Source: an uncultured Spirochaetota bacterium
Lineage (GTDB): Bacteria > Spirochaetota > Spirochaetia > SZUA-6 > Fen-1364
Direction: 5' to 3'
DNA: 64,000 bases
Assembly (NCBI GenBank): GCA_963734545.1
Contig: CAVTHO010000007.1
Coordinates: forward strand, 736,001 to 800,000
Position 1 is the first letter of the stretch. The number at the start of each line of letters is the position of its first letter. Under the pieces are notes generated by a model. The model saw only the letters and a program-made list of their open reading frames with translations. It searched no databases and was not told the origin of the DNA. Of this stretch, positions 49,106 through 55,957 are shown in pieces. Made by a program: the position numbers and the translations under genes.

Positions 49106-50098
49106 CTACCCCACTGTATCGACGCTCGGGAGGATCATGCCCTCCTCGGCAGGGGAAAAACCGTCGAACGCTTCCCCCTTATTGATAATATCGTCAACTT
49201 CCAATCCCATGTTATGGAATTTTGACCGCAGGCTGTCCAGTCCCCTCTGGGCGGCGCGTCTCAGGCGCTCATTGCTGCAATAGATCGCAAGCTTCCCCTG
49301 GCGCGCGCGGAGGGGAAGATGGAAGCTGATATCCTCCGTCGAAAGCGTGAAGGCGAGCGGCCGCGACTGGAAGGGATCGAAGAGTATCTTCATCGTTCCC
49401 GCGATACGCTGGCTCCCCGATGTGAAAACGAACGGGATGATCACCCAGGACTGCGATTTTGCCCGGATATGGTTGTAGGCCTGCAGCGCGGATGGTCGGG
49501 CGACCAGGTCTCCCGGCAGGCCGGCAGCGAACTCTTTGACCGCGCGCGGGGTGTCCGGGAGCTGTCTCCCGCGGTAGCGCCGGTGGTCCTCCCCGCCCCT
49601 TTCTCCGAAACCGAGCACGGGGAGCAATGCGCGCGCGCCCGGGCACGCCGGGTCTATTCCGCGATCCACCACGGTGGCGGCAATCCGCGCCGCCTTGCGC
49701 GTGTCCATTCCCGAACGCGCAATGAGCGCCCGGACTTTCTGTATTGTCTCGGCGACAATGGGCAATCCGCTGCGCGCGAGAGCCTGCGCGATCACCTCCG
49801 CATCGCCGCCGGCCGGCAGCCCCTGCCGTACGAGCGCGGCGCGGACGGCGTCCGGCACCTCTTCGGTCACCGCCAGGAACAGCTTGCCTTCCGCGGCGCT
49901 GACGCGCGCGCGAAGAAGCTGCCCGACCTGCAGCGGGAGCTCGGAAAAGGCGGGAAACACCTGACCCTTGATGGCCACCGCCCACTTGGCGCCTTCGAGA
50001 TGCTTGATGACACTCACGGAGACGGACTGGCCCGGCCGCAGGTCCATGTCATGCGCCGCTGCGATCCGTATGGAGCCCCTGATCGGGTCCGGCGTCAT
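49106..50098 (-). CDS. Hypothetical protein, possibly FliK-like
   Basis: ATG at 50098; lies between rplS and the FlhB-like gene; WVIIPF...GTMKIL C-terminal beta domain. Confidence 0.65.
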   Translation of the reverse strand: MTPDPIRGSIRIAAAHDMDLRPGQSVSVSVIKHLEGAKWAVAIKGQVFPAFSELPLQVGQLLRARVSAAEGKLFLAVTEEVPDAVRAALVRQGLPAGGDAEVIAQALARSGLPIVAETIQKVRALIARSGMDTRKAARIAATVVDRGIDPACPGARALLPVLGFGERGGEDHRRYRGRQLPDTPRAVKEFAAGLPGDLVARPSALQAYNHIRAKSQSWVIIPFVFTSGSQRIAGTMKILFDPFQSRPLAFTLSTEDISFHLPLRARQGKLAIYCSNERLRRAAQRGLDSLRSKFHNMGLEVDDIINKGEAFDGFSPAEEGMILPSVDTVG

Positions 50099-50153
50099 GG
50101 GCGCGCTTCCAATTCCGCGGAGTACCGCGGAAGGCGTACGCGCCGCTCGAGGG

Positions 50154-50576
50154 TCAGGTGGTCTCCTTGACTTCCACGGCCGCAGTGTCCGTCTCTTCCG
50201 CCGTGCCGGTCTCGGGAACCTTCTCGCGCTTGCGATGGATGAGCTCCTGGACCTTGGCCGCCTTGCCCGACCGGCCGCGCAGGTAGTACAGCTTCGCGCG
50301 CCGAATGCGCCCCTCGCGCACACGGACGACCTTGGCGATTTTGGGGGAGTGGATGGGGAAGATTCTTTCCACGCCGACTCCATAGCTTATCTTGCGCACG
50401 GTAAAGGTCTTGCGCAGGCCGTCGCGCTTCATCGCAATCACGATGCCTTCGAAGACCTGCACGCGCTCGGTTTTTCCTTCGATGATCTTGAAGTGCACCT
50501 TTACCGTATCGCCGATGCGGAACTCCTCGGCGTTCTCTTTCATCTGTTCCGCCTCAAGGGCCTTCATCATGTCCAT
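50154..50576 (-). CDS. rplS: 50S ribosomal protein L19
   Basis: [10 protein letters not shown]...ERVQVFEG...[18 protein letters not shown]...RRAKLYYLR. Confidence 0.98.
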   Translation of the reverse strand: MDMMKALEAEQMKENAEEFRIGDTVKVHFKIIEGKTERVQVFEGIVIAMKRDGLRKTFTVRKISYGVGVERIFPIHSPKIAKVVRVREGRIRRAKLYYLRGRSGKAAKVQELIHRKREKVPETGTAEETDTAAVEVKETT

Positions 50577-51303
50577 CGTCGTCTCCTTCTTTCCTGACCT
50601 GCCTCAAGAGCTCCTTCGCCTCCTCCGGGAGGGCATCCGAATCCAGGAGCTCCGGGCGGAGCTTCTTCGTCTTCTCTATGCTCTTCACTAGCCGCCACTG
50701 GCGGATTTTCTCATGGTGCCCCGAGAGAAGGATTTCCGGCACGCGCATACCGCGAAATACTTCAGGCCTCGTGTAGTGAGGGTACTCGAGAAGGCCCGCC
50801 GAAAAGCTTTCCTCCTCCAGCGACTCCCCCGTGATCACGCCCGGGACCAGCCGCGCCAGCGAATCCACCACCGCCATCGCCGCCACCTCTCCCCCGGAAA
50901 GCACGTAGTCACCGACGGAAATCTCGTCCGTCACGAACGCGTCGATGATCCTCTGGTCGATCCCCTCGTACCTCCCGCAGAGGAGCGTGAGGGCCGGCTC
51001 GCGCGCAAGATCTTCAGCCACCTTCTGCGTCAGCAGCCTGCCGGCAGGAGTGAGATAGACGATCCTCCCGCCCGACGCGCCCGTTGCCTCCAGGGCGGCG
51101 GCTATCGGCTCCGGCTTCATCACCATCCCCGGTCCGCCGCCATAGGCGGCGTCGTCGCAGACATGATGCCTGTCCACGGCGAAATCCCTGATGTCGATCA
51201 GGCGGATCGCCACGAGCCCGCGGGCAATGGCGCGCGCCAGAATCGAGCTCTCCAGAAAACCCTGGAAAAGACCGGGAAAAAGGGTGAGAATCGTTATTGT
51301 CAC
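50554..51303 (-). CDS. trmD: tRNA (guanine37-N1)-methyltransferase
   Basis: [33 protein letters not shown] and LEYPHYTRP. Confidence 0.98.
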   Translation of the reverse strand: MTITILTLFPGLFQGFLESSILARAIARGLVAIRLIDIRDFAVDRHHVCDDAAYGGGPGMVMKPEPIAAALEATGASGGRIVYLTPAGRLLTQKVAEDLAREPALTLLCGRYEGIDQRIIDAFVTDEISVGDYVLSGGEVAAMAVVDSLARLVPGVITGESLEEESFSAGLLEYPHYTRPEVFRGMRVPEILLSGHHEKIRQWRLVKSIEKTKKLRPELLDSDALPEEAKELLRQVRKEGDDDGHDEGP

Positions 51304-51806
51304 CTGACGATCTCATCCTCTTTCAGGAAAATCTTCCTCTTCTCCAGCTGCACGTCCCCGATAAAGTGATCGATGAAGGGCACCAGGAAGGTCCGTCCCG
51401 CCTTGCCCTGCACCTCGAGGAACTCCGATGCCCCCCCTTCCCATACCGAGCGCACGCTCCCGATCTCCTCCTCGCCGAACCAGAGGCTGCAGAGACAGAG
51501 ATCGGCCGCATAGTATTCTCCGTCCAGGAGCCGGGCTGCCTGCTGCCGCGGCACCCAGATCTCGTAGCCGACATAGCGGCGCGCCTGCTCCGGTGACTCG
51601 ATGCCGGTGATCTTCAGGATGACACCGGGAGGCTGGGGCCGCACGGAATCCAGCCGGAGCCTCGTCTCCTCACGCCCCTTTCGAAAAAGCGCCTCGCGGA
51701 GCGCCAGGATGTGGTCGGAATGGCCAGAATAGCTCTTTACCTTGAGCTCTCCCCCCACTCCATGGGTGCCTGTCACAACGCCCACCGTAAGAAGTTCTTC
51801 AGCCAT
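51300..51806 (-). CDS. rimM: Ribosome maturation factor RimM
   Basis: GTHGVGGELKV, GEYYAADL and LVPF motifs; operon context. Confidence 0.93.
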   Translation of the reverse strand: MAEELLTVGVVTGTHGVGGELKVKSYSGHSDHILALREALFRKGREETRLRLDSVRPQPPGVILKITGIESPEQARRYVGYEIWVPRQQAARLLDGEYYAADLCLCSLWFGEEEIGSVRSVWEGGASEFLEVQGKAGRTFLVPFIDHFIGDVQLEKRKIFLKEDEIVR

Positions 51807-51869
51807 GGATTGTGAATTGGCTTCCCCGTGCCCGACCGCCGCGCAACCGCCTCCGCGCGGGCCGCTTCG

Positions 51870-52103
51870 TCAATCCAGGATCTCGAGCACCACCCGCTTG
51901 CCCGACTTCGTCGAGGCAGCGCTGAGCAGCGTCCGGACCGCCTTTGCAATGCGGCCGTGCTTCCCGATCACTTTGCCGATGTCGCTCTCCGAGACCTTCA
52001 GCTCGAGGATCGTGGATTTTTCCCCTTCAATCACGTTCACAACTACGCCCGTCGGGTCATCCACGAGGGTTTTCGCAATGTATTCGACAAGATCCTTTTC
52101 CAC
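51870..52103 (-). CDS. khpA: KH-domain RNA-binding protein KhpA
   Basis: LVEYIAKTLVDDP...DIGKVIGKHGRIAKAVR. Confidence 0.93.
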   Translation of the reverse strand: MEKDLVEYIAKTLVDDPTGVVVNVIEGEKSTILELKVSESDIGKVIGKHGRIAKAVRTLLSAASTKSGKRVVLEILD

Positions 52104-52127
52104 GGATCTCTCCTTTCGCGGTGCCCC

Positions 52128-52472
52128 TTATGCGCCGGCAGAATCCGCGGGCTGCCGCGATGCGGAATCCGCCGAGTACGTCGATGCAGAATCCGCGGGC
52201 TGCCGCGATGCGGAATCCGCCGAGTACGTCGATGCGGATTTGCGATTCAGCAGCTGCTTCACAGTGTTCGACGGAGTGGCCCCTCGCGCGAGCCAGTCTT
52301 TCACCTTTGCCGCGTCCACGGAGAGCTGCTTCTCCAGTTTCTCGATCGGATGGTAGAGCCCGATCTCCTCCAACACCCGCCCGTCACGCGGGGTGCGTGA
52401 ATCCATCACGACGATGCGATAAAACGGTCGTTTCTTTGTTCCGAATCTCTTCAGCCTGATGCGCACGCTCAC
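52128..52472 (-). CDS. rpsP: 30S ribosomal protein S16 with repeat-encoded C-terminal tail
   Basis: GTG start; VRIRLKRFGTKKRPFYRIVVMDSRTPRDG...GATPSNTV. Confidence 0.96.
   Translation of the reverse strand: MSVRIRLKRFGTKKRPFYRIVVMDSRTPRDGRVLEEIGLYHPIEKLEKQLSVDAAKVKDWLARGATPSNTVKQLLNRKSASTYSADSASRQPADSASTYSADSASRQPADSAGA
52138..52233. repeat. Perfect 48-bp tandem duplication (two related 24-bp subunits per copy) in the rpsP 3' end
   Basis: GCAGAATCCGCGGGCTGCCGCGATGCGGAATCCGCCGAGTACGTCGAT at 52138 and 52186. Confidence 0.95.
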
Positions 52473-52575
52473 TGGCGTCCTCCTTGTCCTTCTGCTGGGC
52501 TCGCTGTGGTACATCCCTGTACCGCTCGCCCTCGCCATCCAACTCCGCGGATCGTACCGTCGCCGATCCCTAGGG

Positions 52576-53910
52576 CTATCCCTGGCCGCCGAGCCGCGAC
52601 AGCACCTGGGCCTGATATTTCGTGTTCTTGGACATCTTCTTCATCATGAGACACGTCTTCTCGAATTTTTTCAAGAACCTGTTCACCTCGAACACCGACG
52701 TCCCGCTGCCCCGCGCAATCCGCGTCCGCCGGCGGGGACCGATGATCCGGTAGTTCTTGCGCTCCGTCGGCGTCATGGACAGGATGATCGCCTCCTCCCG
52801 CTTCATCCCCTTTTCATCGATCTTCTCTTCGGCGCCCGTCCCCTTCAGCCCGGGGATCAGCTCCATGATCGACTGCAGGCTCCCCATCTTGCGCATGCGG
52901 CGGTACTGGTCCAGCATGTCCTCCAGCGTGAATGACTCCGCTTCCAGCTTCTCCTGAAGCTTCTCCGCCTCGCCCCGCTCCATGGTTTCCTGGGCTTTCT
53001 CCACCAGGGTGACCACGTCCCCCATCCCGAGGATGCGGGAGGCCATCCGTTCCGGGTGGAACGGCTCGAGACCATCGAGCTTTTCCCCGACGCCGACGAA
53101 CTTGATCGGCTTCCCCGTGATGCTCTTCACGGAGAGAGCGGCGCCGCCGCGGGTGTCCGAGTCGAACTTCGTGAGGATGACCCCGGTGAGGGTCACTTTC
53201 GCGTCGAACTCCCGGGCGATGTCAACCGCGTTCTGACCCGTCATGGCGTCCGCGACCAGGAGCACTTCGTCGGGCTTCGCCCTGTCACGGATGCGCACCA
53301 GCTCCGCCATCAGCGCGTCGTCCGCCTGCAGGCGCCCCGACGTGTCGATGATGACAGTGTTGAACTGCTCCCGCCTCGCGCGGGCAAGAGCTCCTTCGAC
53401 CACGCGCACCGGGTCCTGCGTCGGCTCCCGGTGCACCTCGACGCCGGCCTTCTCCCCGAGAACGGCAAGCTGCTCCACCGCGGCCGGCCGTACAAGATCC
53501 GCGGCAACCAGCAGGATTTTCCTTCCCTGCTCCTTCAGCCGCAGCGCGAGCTTGGCGGCGGTGGTGGTCTTGCCGGAGCCCTGGAGGCCCGCAAGGAGGA
53601 TCACCGACTGCGTGTCCGGCCCTTTCAAGGCCAGACCCTGATTCTCACCACCGAGAAGCGCCACCATCCGGTCGTAGATGATCTTGACGAACTGCTGTCC
53701 CGGGGTCACCGAGCGGAGAACCTTCTCCCCCGTGGCCTCCTCGGTCGCCTGATTCACGAACCTCCGCACCACGCGAAGATTCACGTCCGCCTCGAGAAGG
53801 GCGATCTTGATCTCGTTGATCGCGTCCTGGATGTTCTTCTCGGAAATATGTGCCTTGCCGCCGATCTGCCGTATGAGATCGCCCAGCTTGCTGCTCAGTT
53901 TATCAAGCAT
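52576..53910 (-). CDS. ffh: Signal recognition particle protein Ffh
   Basis: GLQGSGKTTT, DTSGR, TKFDSDTRGG, PERMASRILGMGD and RIARGSG. Confidence 0.98.
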   Translation of the reverse strand: MLDKLSSKLGDLIRQIGGKAHISEKNIQDAINEIKIALLEADVNLRVVRRFVNQATEEATGEKVLRSVTPGQQFVKIIYDRMVALLGGENQGLALKGPDTQSVILLAGLQGSGKTTTAAKLALRLKEQGRKILLVAADLVRPAAVEQLAVLGEKAGVEVHREPTQDPVRVVEGALARARREQFNTVIIDTSGRLQADDALMAELVRIRDRAKPDEVLLVADAMTGQNAVDIAREFDAKVTLTGVILTKFDSDTRGGAALSVKSITGKPIKFVGVGEKLDGLEPFHPERMASRILGMGDVVTLVEKAQETMERGEAEKLQEKLEAESFTLEDMLDQYRRMRKMGSLQSIMELIPGLKGTGAEEKIDEKGMKREEAIILSMTPTERKNYRIIGPRRRTRIARGSGTSVFEVNRFLKKFEKTCLMMKKMSKNTKYQAQVLSRLGGQG

Positions 53911-53945
53911 GCGCGTCCGTTCTTTGTAAGTGTAAGACAGGCAAA

Positions 53946-53974
53946 TATATACCGAGTTAGTTGATCGATGTCAA
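53946..53974 (-). promoter_or_regulatory. Putative sigma70 promoter of ffh
   Basis: Minus strand TTGACA-17 nt-TATATA. Confidence 0.7.
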
Positions 53975-54018
53975 GGTGACGAGCGTCGGAAACGGGCCTG
54001 CCGCCCGGCAGGAAAGCC

Positions 54019-55509
54019 TCAGCGGACCTCGAAGAAGTGCCGCTCGATGTACAGGAGACGGTCGCGGGCCGGGGCAGCAAACGCGCCCTCAGGGTACCTT
54101 CGCAGGATCTCGAGGTAGAGGTCGCGCGCGCGGGCGATATCACGGTAGCGCGAATCAGCCTCCAGCAGCTGGGCCATCAGGAAGGCTGCCTCGTCCCGCC
54201 ACTTCCCCTCCGGGTAGCGCGCGTTGTACTCCCGCGCCAGATCCAACGCGACACCCGTCTCGCCTTTCTCCTTTTCCATGCGCGTGGCCTGGATGAGCGT
54301 TTCATCCATCCCGGGAGCTTTTACGGCAAGGAACTGCTTCAGGTACGACATGAAGGCCTGCTGGTCCTTCTGGGCTATCGCGATGCGCACCATGCCGAGC
54401 ACGGCGCCCGGCGTGTAGGCCGTCTGAGGAGAGATGTTCTTCTGATAGTACGTGCCCGCCGCGTCGTACGCTCCCGTGCGCATGTAAAGTGAAGCGATCT
54501 GGTCGTTGAGTGCCGGATTTCCGTCCTTGTAGCCCTTGAGCAGCTCGACAATCGCCGCTTCGTTGGCGCCTATGCCGGAAAGCCTTTCTGCAAAAGCGGC
54601 ATCTCCCGGCTCCACCTGTCCCCCGCCGGACTGGTCAGGCCCCTGCTGTTGATTCATGGCGAGGTTGAACTCCTGATCAGAGACGACGTGGACGCGCACC
54701 GTTTCCTTGCTCGACTGGCCGGTCGAATTGTCCTGACGCAGGAAGTCGAGGTCGTATGTGCCGAGCTTCAAAGGCTGGAATGAGAACCAGGTCTTGTTGT
54801 TCCGGTTTTCCTTGCCTTTGAATGACATCCCGTCCCCCTGCGGCGTCTTGTCGGGAAAGCCGAGAAACAGGAATCCGATACCGTCCAGTCCAATCTGCAC
54901 CTCGTCCCCCTGGCGTGCGTAGATTTCCCGCAGCCGCCCGTAGGAGCCGGTGGCGGCCGCTCCCGGCTGGGCGACAGATGCACCGGGGTTCGTCACGGGA
55001 CCCGCGGGGGCTGCCGTTGCAGATGCCGCGGACGGAGATTGCAGCGTGTTCGAAGCCCGTATGGCCGGCTGAGGCGCAGGCTGACTGACGCCGGGAGATG
55101 ATGCAGAGGCCGCGGGTGCGAGCTGCCTCCCGGCAGGGGCAGAGGCTGGAGGCGCCTTCTTGACCACCGGGGCCGAGCTGGCAGCCGGCACCGGCGCGCT
55201 GGGAAGATTCAGAGCATTGATCCTCGGTTCCCGGGAAAGGCGCGGTGCCGCACGCATCAGCGGAATGGACACCTCATAGCCCGGCCCTGCCCCGGCCAGG
55301 GACAGAGCTGCAGCCGCGGCAAGCCGGGCATCCGGAGCAACCGGCGCCAGGTATGGCAGAGCGGGTGCCCCGAGCTCTGAGTCAGCCGGACTTTTCGCGC
55401 GGGAATCGAAGAGCTCAACTGTCTGCACGGCTCGCTTCGCAGCCGTTGCGCAGGAGAGCAGGCAGGCAGCCGCCGCTGCAAGCAGCAGAAAAAGATGTAC
55501 CCTTCGCAT
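54019..55509 (-). CDS. Lipoprotein with Pro/Ala-rich linker and C-terminal TPR/BamD-like region
   Basis: Lipobox LLSC; YNARYPEGKWRDEAAFL and ILRRYPEG repeats. Confidence 0.75.
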   Translation of the reverse strand: MRRVHLFLLLAAAAACLLSCATAAKRAVQTVELFDSRAKSPADSELGAPALPYLAPVAPDARLAAAAALSLAGAGPGYEVSIPLMRAAPRLSREPRINALNLPSAPVPAASSAPVVKKAPPASAPAGRQLAPAASASSPGVSQPAPQPAIRASNTLQSPSAASATAAPAGPVTNPGASVAQPGAAATGSYGRLREIYARQGDEVQIGLDGIGFLFLGFPDKTPQGDGMSFKGKENRNNKTWFSFQPLKLGTYDLDFLRQDNSTGQSSKETVRVHVVSDQEFNLAMNQQQGPDQSGGGQVEPGDAAFAERLSGIGANEAAIVELLKGYKDGNPALNDQIASLYMRTGAYDAAGTYYQKNISPQTAYTPGAVLGMVRIAIAQKDQQAFMSYLKQFLAVKAPGMDETLIQATRMEKEKGETGVALDLAREYNARYPEGKWRDEAAFLMAQLLEADSRYRDIARARDLYLEILRRYPEGAFAAPARDRLLYIERHFFEVR

Positions 55510-55567
55510 CGGTTCCCCCCTCCCGAAAAAACCGAAGTGCTTCACCGATCCAGGTCCGAGTATAGCC

Positions 55568-55957
55568 TTATTGAACCTTTTCGAACAGACGCCGCATGTT
55601 CCGGTCGTTTGCAGCTTGAAGGAGGTCGAGGGTTATCTGGCGAGGCGGAATCCAGTACCTGCCGACCATCTCCCCGCTCCATCGCATGGGACGCGGCCGA
55701 AAGGGAACGTAGTGCGGCGTTCTCTCCGGGGACTGCGGCAGCGGCAGCAGGAAATCCTCCGGCGCAAGCGTCAGTTCCTCGGAAGAGAGGGCGGGAGGCT
55801 TCTGCGCCTGCTCGAGCGCCTTGCGCTCGTCCGCCACGAGACGGCGCGTGCGCGCGCCCCCCGAGGAGGAGACCACCGACAGTGTGATGATGAATGCAAG
55901 AACCGATGCCCCGGCGATGAAGAGGATCTCACGCCTGGGCAGCCGAGACTGTTTCAC
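55568..55957 (-). CDS. Membrane-anchored hypothetical protein
   Basis: N-terminal TM helix; overlaps the end of smc. Confidence 0.7.
   Translation of the reverse strand: MKQSRLPRREILFIAGASVLAFIITLSVVSSSGGARTRRLVADERKALEQAQKPPALSSEELTLAPEDFLLPLPQSPERTPHYVPFRPRPMRWSGEMVGRYWIPPRQITLDLLQAANDRNMRRLFEKVQ

Noticed and set aside
51810-51827. TTGTGAA half-site as a Rex operator upstream of rimM
   Set aside because: The second half does not match TTCACAA at 4-nt spacing; I found no convincing Rex box in the window.
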